IMG/VR virus record: IMGVR_UViG_3300002835_000148
From: a virus
Length of the DNA: 64,000 nt
Strand: one strand, 5' to 3'
Shown: positions 19,241 through 29,600 of the stretch, piece by piece
How positions within the stretch are numbered: the stretch's first letter is position 1
How the letters are laid out: the number at the start of each line of letters is the position of its first letter
The notes under the pieces: generated by a model
The model's database searches: none
Seen by the model: only the letters and a program-made list of their open reading frames with translations
What the model was told of the DNA's origin: nothing
Made by a program: the position numbers and the translations under genes

Positions 19241-19992
19241 GCTTCGCCGCCCTTATCACTATCGGCACTACTATAGGCAATGTCGCCGGGGCAGCGGCAG
19301 CTTCTCTTGGCGGCGTTTTAGGTGGAGCAGCGGGCACCGCTCTCGGTGCAGGGGCTGGCGCTGGTGGTTTGGGCACTATGGCTGGGGCTACTATGGCGGG
19401 CAGTGCAGGTTCTGCACTAGCAGGTACGGCACTTGCTCCTGCGGCGTCAACGACGGCTCTAGCTAATCTAGCTGCGGCGGGGGCGGGAGCAACGGCTCCA
19501 ACGTCTTTAGCTTCTGGGGTGGGCGCAGGCGCAGCCGGTAAAATGGGGCTGGCTGGCTTACAGGGAGCGGTTCCCGCTAGTCCGGGCGTGGGTGTTACTT
19601 CTGCGGGTGTTACAGCACCAACAGCAGGAGGAGGTATGTCAACTGCTGCACTGCCTTCAGCGGCGCAGGGGGGACTAGGGGCTGTAGGAAACTTCTTAGG
19701 GCAAACGGCGACAGGGCAAGTAGTAGACCAAGGCGTCAAAGGTATTCAGGCCCAGCAGCAGCGTGCTTCGGTAAATGCGGCAAATCGTAACGCAACCAGA
19801 CAGCAACAGCAGGAAGGGCAAAAAGCCCAAGAGCTAGGAGGCAATCTTATGAACCAAAAACTAGCACATGGCGGCTCAGTTAATCTTGAGAATGGGCAGT
19901 TTATTATCCCTGCCGACGTAGTAAGCGCTCTTGGTAATGGCTCAACTAAGGCGGGCGCTAAGTTTCTTGATGAGTTTTTCGGTAAAGTCTAG
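19237..19992 (+). CDS. Gly/Ala-rich internal virion protein candidate
   Basis: 251 aa. The first ~150 aa are nearly all G/A/T/S/L. Contains LAHGGSVNLENGQFIIPADVV. Confidence 0.55.
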   Translation: MSFAALITIGTTIGNVAGAAAASLGGVLGGAAGTALGAGAGAGGLGTMAGATMAGSAGSALAGTALAPAASTTALANLAAAGAGATAPTSLASGVGAGAAGKMGLAGLQGAVPASPGVGVTSAGVTAPTAGGGMSTAALPSAAQGGLGAVGNFLGQTATGQVVDQGVKGIQAQQQRASVNAANRNATRQQQQEGQKAQELGGNLMNQKLAHGGSVNLENGQFIIPADVVSALGNGSTKAGAKFLDEFFGKV

Positions 19993-20405
19993 TGGCCTAT
20001 AGCGTCCAAGAAGTACCCATAGAGTTTGTAAATAGAGCGTGGCCTGATGTAGAGAAGTTTATCACCACCTCTGTTGAGTATGCTGATGGAGAGTTTACTT
20101 TAGACGAAGTGAAAGCGCGGCTGGTGCAGGGTTCTTGGGCTTTAGTTGTTGCAGTGGATGAGAGCAACACAGTGCGTGGAGTAGCTACCGTGGCTTATTA
20201 TAATAGAACTGACCATCGCGTAGCTTTTGTGACTAATTTCGGCGGTAAGTTTGTGTCCAATCCAGAGGTGTTTTCTCAGTTCGCTTCTATCTTAGTGAGC
20301 AAGGGGGCTACATGTATGGAAGGGGCGGTTCGTGACTCGATGTTGCGCTTGTGGGCTAGGCTAGGTGCCCGGAAAAAATCCACCAATATCCAAATCATAT
20401 TGTAA
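19992..20405 (+). CDS. hypothetical protein
   Basis: 137 aa. GTG start per ORF track. Confidence 0.5.
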   Translation: MAYSVQEVPIEFVNRAWPDVEKFITTSVEYADGEFTLDEVKARLVQGSWALVVAVDESNTVRGVATVAYYNRTDHRVAFVTNFGGKFVSNPEVFSQFASILVSKGATCMEGAVRDSMLRLWARLGARKKSTNIQIIL

Positions 20406-20424
20406 AAATTTAGAAGGTAACATT

Positions 20425-21519
20425 ATGGCCTCAGCTCCCGGACAACTCGCCCAAACTTCATCCACCCAAATAACCGACCTTTCGGACTACGCTAAACAAC
20501 TATTGTACGGGCAGCAGTTTGCTCCCGGTTCTGTCACCTTGCGCCGTGGCGCTCAAGATGCTCGTTTATACGAAGGCATGTACGGTGGCAATCCTGAATA
20601 CACTAGGCAGTGGGCGGGGTTAGCCCCCGATGCAGATTTGGCAGCATATAAATCCCAGCTAGGCACTGCCAACCCACCTGCTACCAAAGAAGCGCCAAAG
20701 GAAGAAGCGCCGAAAAAGGCGGCTGAAGGCGGCATCATGTCCCTACGTGGCTACAAAAAAGGCAAAGGCATTACCGCTGACCGCGCTGATTTTCTCAGGA
20801 CTAGGCAAGAGGAAGGCAAGAAATTAACACCTATGCAGCTAAAGAATCTCGCTGCATACGACAAAGCGGAGGCCAAAAGAGCTGCTGCATCCCCCTATAC
20901 CCGTGCGGAAGCAGATGTAGGCGTAGTGCCATTCTACGACCCTAAAACAATGATGTCTACGAACCCTTACTTTCTTAGGGCTATTGAGGAAATAGAAAAA
21001 AGAAAGTCGTGGACTGATCCGGGCGTGTCTGAGCAATACATGAGTCCCTACATAAAGAATGTCATTGACGAGCAGAAGCAGCAGGCTAATAGGGACTTTG
21101 CTCAACAGCAGAATCTGCTCCGTTCAAATCAGGTCGGCCTGGGTGCGTTTGGTGGCTCTCGCGGTGCATTGATGGAAACGGAAGGCCAGCGCAACCAGAA
21201 TTTCCTGCTAAACAAAATAGCCCAAGAAGGCTTGCAGAACGCTTACACGCAAGGTATGGGTCAGTTTAACACGGGGCAGGATCAGCTAATGGCAGGTGCT
21301 CAGGGCTGGGGTGCCGCAGGGCAAACGCTACAAGGTCTGGGCCAAGACTACTACAACACCAGACAGCAGAGCGCTAAAAATTATTGGGGTGGCGCAACGC
21401 AAGCAGCGAGTCCGGGAGTAACCATGATAACAGGTATGCCGGGATCAGCTACGACGGGGCAATATACTCAGGTGCCTAGCTATTGGGGTGCAGGTAAAGC
21501 TAAAGGGGGCAAAGTATGA
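20425..21519 (+). CDS. internal virion protein candidate
   Basis: ATG 20425 with GAAGG 7 nt upstream (ORF-track start 20365 overlaps the previous gene). 364 aa. Contains AAEGGIM and a C-terminal KAKGGKV. Confidence 0.55.
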   Translation: MASAPGQLAQTSSTQITDLSDYAKQLLYGQQFAPGSVTLRRGAQDARLYEGMYGGNPEYTRQWAGLAPDADLAAYKSQLGTANPPATKEAPKEEAPKKAAEGGIMSLRGYKKGKGITADRADFLRTRQEEGKKLTPMQLKNLAAYDKAEAKRAAASPYTRAEADVGVVPFYDPKTMMSTNPYFLRAIEEIEKRKSWTDPGVSEQYMSPYIKNVIDEQKQQANRDFAQQQNLLRSNQVGLGAFGGSRGALMETEGQRNQNFLLNKIAQEGLQNAYTQGMGQFNTGQDQLMAGAQGWGAAGQTLQGLGQDYYNTRQQSAKNYWGGATQAASPGVTMITGMPGSATTGQYTQVPSYWGAGKAKGGKV

Positions 21520-23660
21520 GCCAAGGAATTGTTGACCAGCTAACTTCTGCTTTCAAGGTATACAGTGCCAATCCTAATGCGGCTAAGCAAGCTGTAGCCG
21601 CCGCTGCTCAAGGACAACCTATAGGGCCGAAAGGACTCGCCGCCGCCGCTGCGCTGCAACAAGCACCGCAGGCACAAACCCCCGCACCCCAAGGCACAGT
21701 GATGCAGCACCTTGCTCAACAGCAAGGTATTATGGGCCAGCTCCCTGCTATGCAGGGACAGCTTCCTCCGGCGCAGCCACAACCTGAACCTGAAATGGGT
21801 ATGGCAGGTGGTGGTCTAGTGTCTTTTGCTCAAGGCGGTGTAATCCCCCCTGATGTTCTTGAGGCTATCCAAGAGCACTTTGCTCAAGGTGGCGCAGTGC
21901 GTGGATTCCCCACAGGTGGCTCCTTACAGGCGCTATCAAAAATGATACCTGATGCTCCGGGCTACTACGAATCTGGGGATATACTCAGCCGAGAAGATGA
22001 AAAGCTGATGCAGGAGTTATTGCGGGAGCAAGACACGGCGACCAGAGCGCGGCTAGAAGAAGAGGCAGCGCGGAGAGGATTACGAGGAGAGCGCTCTAGT
22101 CCTTCTGCATATCAACAGCGGGCGGGTATGGTCTCTGACCAACCGGAGCCAACACAAGGGCGGGCCACGCCCAAGTCAATTCAAGGGCTATCTGAAGCAG
22201 ACTCTGCTACAGAAATGGAGCGGTTGAACCGCCGCCTCAAATGGCAGAATTTAGACAAAAGCGTTGGGTATGAACTACCTAAAGAGCCGCCTCCGGCAAA
22301 AGCCCCCCGTGGTATGGACACCAGCAAACTTAGCAAAGAAGCACGAGAGTTTCTTAGCAGGGAGATACCACAGGCAGAAAAACTCGCAGTGCCTGAAGCA
22401 GAAAGCCTAGCAACTAAACTAGGTAAAGTGGGTAGGGCCGCAGGTAAGTTCGGCAAAGGGCTTGGGCCAGTAGGCGAAGTGCTTGGGCCAGTAGGCAAAG
22501 TGCTTGGGCCAGTGGGCGTAGCACTGGGCGCTTGGGATATGATTGACTCACTCGCTAACCCACAATTCCAAAAACAGTATGCTGAGGACTGGAAAGAGTA
22601 CATGCCCTCATGGATGGGAGGCAAAGCGGCACCGCAAGAGGAAACAAAAGGAGTTACTGCCCCGCCAAAAAATGGAGCCTCCTCTGATAAAACAAGGCTA
22701 GGCGTTACTGAGCAACAGATGGCGAAAGTCTTTCCTAGTGCAGGGCTAGGCTCTCTAAAACAGGAAGGCAAACAGGTTGGTAAACAGGAACCTACTACGG
22801 GCGCATCTGTAACACCTCGTGCGGAGCCTACTCCAGAAGCGAAAAAAGCTGGGTATACGCCACCTGAAGAGCAGACCATAAAGACAAATAGCCAAGCGGC
22901 CCCTGCTGCTACAGAAGCCTCTCCGCAGGGTGCATCCTCTCTCATGCCGGGAGAAAGCTATGGCATACCCTCTCTTGAAGGCCAAGTCAAAATGCTGGAC
23001 GAACTGCGTGGGTTATCCAACGCTAAGATGTCTGACGCGCAGGCTAAACGCCTTGAAGAAATGCAGACTGGTGCTAAGGAAGACAAATGGCTAGGTGCCC
23101 TTATGGGTATGATTTCTGGCACATTGGGTTCTTCATCGCCCTATCTAGGTCAAGCTATCGGGACTGGTGGCATCCAAGCGCTATCCGCTTACCAGCAAGG
23201 AGCTAAAGAAGAAGCAGACATTGCACGTAAAGCCTATGACATATATGGAGAAGAAGAAAAAGCCCCTCAACTGGAGCATGCTCGCAACGTCGATACAATT
23301 TTGAAACTGTTGCAGCAGAAAGCTGAAATGGCAAGCGAAGAGCGTAGAGCGGCGAATAGAGGGAGGATGCCTTTTGAAGAGAGATGGGCCTTAGACCGAG
23401 AAAAAGGGATAGAGGCTGAAAAACGCGCTGCGCTTGTGTCTGGTAAAACTAATGCAGCTATTGAGCATGCTGCTCTCCAGCAAGCGGTGGCTGATTATAA
23501 TGCAGCAAGAGACAAGGGCGAAAACCCCAATTTTGACCAAATACTAACCAAGGCGCGAGTTCAATATGGGCTTACCCCGTTAGGGCTAGGCGGTGGCGAG
23601 CTAGGCGGGGGCGGGCTGGGTGGCGGTTTAACAGTTACAAGACAAGGCGTAAGGCAGTAA
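21516..23660 (+). CDS. large low-complexity internal virion protein candidate
   Basis: 714 aa, Q/A/P/G/K-rich. Contains MAGGGLVSFAQGGVIPP..FAQGGAVRGFPTGGS and 3x GPVG(E/K)VL. Confidence 0.6.
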   Translation: MSQGIVDQLTSAFKVYSANPNAAKQAVAAAAQGQPIGPKGLAAAAALQQAPQAQTPAPQGTVMQHLAQQQGIMGQLPAMQGQLPPAQPQPEPEMGMAGGGLVSFAQGGVIPPDVLEAIQEHFAQGGAVRGFPTGGSLQALSKMIPDAPGYYESGDILSREDEKLMQELLREQDTATRARLEEEAARRGLRGERSSPSAYQQRAGMVSDQPEPTQGRATPKSIQGLSEADSATEMERLNRRLKWQNLDKSVGYELPKEPPPAKAPRGMDTSKLSKEAREFLSREIPQAEKLAVPEAESLATKLGKVGRAAGKFGKGLGPVGEVLGPVGKVLGPVGVALGAWDMIDSLANPQFQKQYAEDWKEYMPSWMGGKAAPQEETKGVTAPPKNGASSDKTRLGVTEQQMAKVFPSAGLGSLKQEGKQVGKQEPTTGASVTPRAEPTPEAKKAGYTPPEEQTIKTNSQAAPAATEASPQGASSLMPGESYGIPSLEGQVKMLDELRGLSNAKMSDAQAKRLEEMQTGAKEDKWLGALMGMISGTLGSSSPYLGQAIGTGGIQALSAYQQGAKEEADIARKAYDIYGEEEKAPQLEHARNVDTILKLLQQKAEMASEERRAANRGRMPFEERWALDREKGIEAEKRAALVSGKTNAAIEHAALQQAVADYNAARDKGENPNFDQILTKARVQYGLTPLGLGGGELGGGGLGGGLTVTRQGVRQ

Positions 23661-23693
23661 AATACCTCAAGCAACTTTAACTCAGGAAACCGC

Positions 23694-26600
23694 ATGGATA
23701 AGTACGCTGGCCTTGCTTCTTTGTTCGACCCTTCTGTTGGCTCTGGCGATGCCGCGCTAGACGAGCTTATAGGGATACGCCCCTATACGGCCAAAGAACG
23801 GGAAGAGGATAAGCGGCGAGAGCTAGCGGATATAGAAGCCTACATGGGTGGCGAGGCTAGGCCAATGCAGGGTGATGGTGAGCAGAATCTCGCCTATGCC
23901 CGTAGATACTTAGAAGCTAAGGGGTTCCCTGCACATATTGCTGCTGGTGCAGTTGGTAACTTTGCACAAGAGTCAAGCGGTATTTCGGGGGGTTCCTTAA
24001 ACAAGGAGGGTGGGCTAGGTATCGCTCAATGGCGCAAAGAAAGGCTCTATGGCGGTGGCGGGTATGAAGGGCTAATCCCTTTTGCAAAACGCCAAGGGCG
24101 CTCTCCGCAAGACCTTACTACGCAGCTCGATTATTTTGTTAGTGAGTTACAAGGGCCAGAAAGAGCTGCTCTCGAAAAAGCTATGCAGACGCGCACTCCT
24201 GAGCAAGCTGCTGTCATACTTGGGCGCTACTATGAACGTCCGAATGAACAGTATGCCAACTATGAAAATAGGGCCGCGCAAGCGCGGCGCTTCGCTGCTA
24301 TCCCTGACGAGCAAATACAGAACGCTCCGTCTGGAATGTACTTAGATGTAACAGGTGGTAGGCCATTCCAACAACGGCAGGGACAATCCCCACAATACTC
24401 TCAGCTAGAAACCACCCCCATGCAGTTAAGCACAGGGCAGACGATCAATGTTGAGAAGGGCATGACTCATGCCGAGGTAGCGGCTATGCTGAAAAAAGAA
24501 GGCATAGAAGGCGTTCCGCTACGCCAATTCCAAGCGCCCAATGGTCAGACTGTCAACGCTGAATATGATATGTCTGATGACGAGGTGCTGGGTATGCTTC
24601 GCAAAGAAGCCCCTGAATATGCTACTCCTCAAGGCGCTCCCACTCCCAATAAGTCAAGCTATGGCGCTGCGGCTAAAGAATCGCTTCTGACAAGCGGTGC
24701 AGGGATATTTACAGGGCTTGGTGGAGAAACAAAAGAGCTAGGGAAAGCTGTGGCTGACACTGAACTGCTGGGGCAGTATGCGAAGCCTATAGGGGAAGCC
24801 ATTACAGGTGCTGGGGAGTCGATGCGTGGCTATGGCGAAGAGCTAGGTCATAGAGCAGAGGGCGTCTTTGAGATGCCTAAAGATGCAAGTTGGTTTGAGA
24901 AGACTGTAGGCTACCCAATCGTTCAAACAGGTGCGGGGATTGTCCCTTACGCTGCTGCGTATGCTATTCCGGGTGTAGGCCCAGCTACGGGCACTGCTGC
25001 TCTGTATGGCGGCGCTATGGGTGGGCTTGAAGAACGCGCTAAGGAAACAGGCAAAGAGTTTGTACCTAGCGAGGCACGCCCCTATGCTGTGGGCGAGACT
25101 GCCCTTGATTATGTAGGCGGCAGACTGCTCGGCCCGTTGAAAAAGTTATTCAGTGATGACGTAGTGCTGGGTGCTAGAGAGACTATTATAAAGGCTGTAG
25201 AAAAAGGCGGTATTGAAGAAGCCAAGAAACTCGTAGGCTCACGCCTCGGCAATATAGCTAAACAGGTAGGCATCACGGATGCAGCCTTCACCAGCAGTGA
25301 AGTAGCTGAGAATGTCATAGAACGCGCCTATGCTGGACAGCCCTTATTTGATGACTCTGCTCTACAGGAATATGCTGACACTGCTAAACAAGTTGCAGGT
25401 TTTGGTGGCGTTGCCGGTGTAGCGCAAGGTCTTGGCAGACACCACATCAAGGCTACAGAAGTAGCCCGCATCGAAGAGCAGAAAGCTACGGAAGAGGCGT
25501 TAGCCGCACAGAAAGCAGCCCAGCTCGCTCAGCAAACAGCCCTAGAAGAACAAGCTGTTGCTAAGGCAGAAAAGAGGAAAGAGCGCCAACCTATCGAGAT
25601 ACCTGAAGAATTACAAGGTATGCCCTATAAGGACGCTGTGCGCTACATGCAGATGCAGGAAGCCAAGGCACAACCCCCAGTAGAAGAAGTACCAGAACCT
25701 ACGGTGCAAGAGAAGCCCTACTACGAACAATTAGGGTTGAAGGCGCGTAAGAATACCCTAGTCATGAAGGGATTGAAGCAGCTTAACCCAGATGACCCTT
25801 CTCATGGCCCCACTATCAATGCGTTTCTTGATGAAATAGAAGCGAAGAATATGCCCCGCGATCAGCAGGCTATAGACGCTTTACGCACTAAACTTAACGA
25901 GGTACAACAAAATGCCCAGCAAGTCTCCGAAACAGGCCCGACTGATGGCAGCGGCGGCGCACAACCCAGCGTTCTCGAAGAAGGTGGGGATCAAACAATC
26001 AGTGGCGAAGGAATGGAACCAAGCCGACAAGGGGAGCAAGATGTTGAAGTCGATGACGAAGAACCCACGGAAAAAGTAAAAGCTGTCGCGGAAGAGGTTC
26101 CTACGGGGATGGTAAATCCTCGTGAGTTTATGCACTATAAGGATGTAACCAAGCGCACTGCTGAGTTAACCCAAGCGGCGGAGCAATTAGCTGCTGGGGA
26201 AATTACTAAGGAAGACTACGCTGCACTGGTAAACAAATATAAACCTGTTACAGCATATCGTAGTATCCCCAAGCCTGCCTCACTGGAAGAAATGTACAAC
26301 GCTTTATCTAAAGATAAAGTAGACAAAATAGGTGAGGCGAGCGGCACTCTGGAGGAAGGGGAAAATATAGGATTGCGCTTAGACATCCCCGCCTACAGGG
26401 ATCACGGCGCTTGGGTAGTCACGGTGCATACACCGCGTCGAGGGGGGTTTGCGGGTAAGCCTATTGGGTACGAAAGTGTCGCAGGAGCTACGGATGTATC
26501 TTTTGGGATTACTGAAAAAGCTGCATTAAACATAGCTAAGGGTTCTGGTAAAGCCACCATAGCGACAATGGAAGGTAAGTGGAAGCCTGTATCCCCAGAA

Positions 26601-29600
26601 GAAGCTGCAACGCTGGGAAAGCAATACCTTAATGACCCAGAATGGATTCAGGTGGGCATGGACCCGGAGCGCCATAGCTACTTCTATGATCGCGCTAACA
26701 TGGAACCCGTTACTCATGCTGAGGAGGTTTTGCAAATCGGCGGTCTAGTGTTCGCTAAAAATCCTACCTATGCCCCAGCAAGCAAATTCCTTTTCTCCGG
26801 TAGGGGCAAAAACCCAGACAAAGGAGTGCTCTCCTTACCAATACAAGAGTTCGAGTCAGCAACAGATGCTAAAGACCTGCTGAACAGATACGTCAAAATA
26901 GCTACGGATTCTCGCCTACATGATCTTGCTAAGACGTATTTAACATCTCCTCATATTGCGGCAGCCAAGGTTACATTCTTCAAGCAAGGAGACAAGATAC
27001 CGCGTAATGTTAAAAATGCCTTTGATGCAGCCAAGGCGGGTGCAGTTACCGTAGTGGGCGAAGATGGTGCTCATCTCTATTTCAAAGCAGATGATCCTAA
27101 CGTTTTCCGCGAAGACAACGTAATCCACGAAGTCACCCATGCTTTAACTGAGGCAGCTCTGGTGCGGAACCCATCTGCACGGGCGGAGCTAACAGGTCTA
27201 TCGGACAAAATAAGTCGCGTACTTCATTCCAACAACCCAAAGTACGGGAAATTCTGGGATGACATAATAGGCAAAGACCCTAGTGAAACGCTGGCATACA
27301 GCTTGACTTTGCCTTCTTTCCGACAGGTTTTAAGCAAGTACGACGAAGATGGGCATAGGCTGAAAGCTAAGCCTGCTGCATTTAAGGGCCAAGCACCTGT
27401 ACGCACCCTGTGGCAGAAATTCGTTGACACTCTTACAAGATTATTCGGCTTACCCAGCAAGCAGAAACAGGCGTATGACACTGCACTAAACGAGTATCTC
27501 GACCGCAAAGCAGAGTACGAAAAGCAAGTTGCTGACTACAACGCCCAGCGCCCAATGCAGGCTAAGCTGGATAGCATCCTACAAGAATTGCTAAAAACTA
27601 CTGCGGCTGAAGGCGTTGCTATGCCTAGCGACACCGCTGTTAAAGCAGTTTACGCAGGAAAGAGCGCTGTTGGCGCTGACTTAGGCAAACTTGAGGAAGC
27701 TGAAAAACGAACCACTGCTGGAGAAAGCGCCCAAAAAGTCCGTAAGGATACAGGCTGGTTCAAAGGCACGGAGGGCGAATGGCGTTTTGAAATTCCAGAC
27801 GACAAGGCTGAATGGGCGACAGACTGGGAAAAAATATCGGAAGCATCTGTAAGAGGCAAAGGGCTTCGTCTTGAGGATGTACTAGACGCTCCTGAATTAT
27901 TCGCTGCTTATCCTGAGCTAAAGGGGGTAAAGTTCACTAAGCGCCCTGCCCTGTTTGACTTTTATGACGAGAGTTTAGGTTGGTTTGACCCTGCAACTAA
28001 CACTCTAAACGTGACACCTAACAACCTTTCTGCTGACGCCGCGCTCGGCACTGCCCTGCACGAAATACAGCATTGGGTTCAAACAAAGGAGGGTTTTGCT
28101 CGCGGCGGCAATAGTAATTCGGTGCGCTTAAGCAACATAGATTCCTTAAATAAGCTAGCAAAATACTGGGCACGCAGCGCCCCCTCTAACTATGACGCGC
28201 TCAATGCACTGGCTATGGAAGAGCAGGGTGTGCCCTTTAGTAAGGTTAAAAGTCGTTACAACAGAGAAGATATGGTAGCTAGTGTTTTTTACGCTAAGCC
28301 TTATGACGAACTCACTGAAGCGCAGCAGCAAACTGTACGCAATAGTGCTAGCGCTAAAGCATTACAGCGCGAATTTTTAGCTTACGAGAGGGAAAAGACC
28401 GCCCCGATTGAAGAGCTTAAGGAAAATGCTGGTAAAAACGCTGCTTTATACGAAAGGGTTAACAATGCTGAAACTACGGTTAAGCTGCTAAAAGAGTATA
28501 TTGCTGATAAGAAAAGAGAGTTTAAGGGCGCTTACGATACCTCAGTAAAAGCTCGACAGTATGACCTTGCTGGAAAAATCGAAAGCACGCATAAAGCCGA
28601 AATAGAAAAGCTGGAAACTTCCCTAGATGAGAAGAAAGCAGAACTAATAGAGGCAACCGATGCCCTTAACGACTTTACTAGCCAATTCGCTGATATTCAA
28701 CACGCGCTGTATAAGCTCCTAGCTGGTGAGCGAGAAGCGCGAGATGTCGCAGGGCGGCGCAAACTGACTGCTGAGCAGCGCAGAGAGAGTGCCCCCTATA
28801 CAGCGGAGGATATTAGGGAAGATGAGGCTATAATCGTAACAGGTGCTGGAGCAGATGCCGCTAGAGTAATGTCTCGACAAACCCCTAGAGGGCAAAGAGG
28901 ATTAGCAGGCAAGCTAAAGGACAAGGACTTTGGCGAAAAACTTTCAGAAGCTGCGCGTGACGTTCTTACATCAGGGCGGCATACTTCTTTGCGTAGTGAA
29001 TGGCTTGACCAGTCTGAAGCATTGGGCAAGGTTACAGAAAACCTGCCTACTATGGTCGGTAAAAAGGCCCGTGTTGATTTCCTAGCTAGCCATTTCGCGC
29101 AGGTGGGCAATGTCATTGCTGACTCTATCCATAACGGATTCGTAAAAGATGTAGGCGACGGCTCTGTGATGACGATTAAAGATCACAGTTTAGCCCCAGA
29201 GAAGATATTCAGGCGAGTAGCTGAGACAGGCAAAAAAGAACTGTTCAACGAAATGCTGGTAGCACTTAGAGGTCGATCCATACGCGAGGCTGACATAAAA
29301 ACCAAAGCCCTTGCTGATGATCTGCTGACTAAAGCAGACGAGCTGGATGACTATGCTAGCACTCTACAGGACAAGAAGAAGCGAGCGAGCTTCACTCGGT
29401 CAGCGCAAAACCTTCGCACTCTTGCTGAGAAAAAGCTAGAGGGTATCAACTATGATAGAGGCCGCACCGAAGTCTCTGAAGAGGATATTCGTAAAGCAGA
29501 GGAGCTAGAACGCGCCGAGCCTGAGTTGGCCCGCGAAGCACAAAACGTCTATGACCTGCTGAGAAAGTCCGTTGATCTTCTCGAAGATAGCGGATTGATA

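Noticed and set aside
19197-22945. Long minus-strand ORFs (19197..19739, 22181..22945 and others) opposite the Gly/Ala-rich late genes
   Set aside because: GC-rich repetitive GGN/GCN coding keeps the antisense frames open. There are no SD or start signals, and they would conflict with the tightly coupled plus-strand operon.
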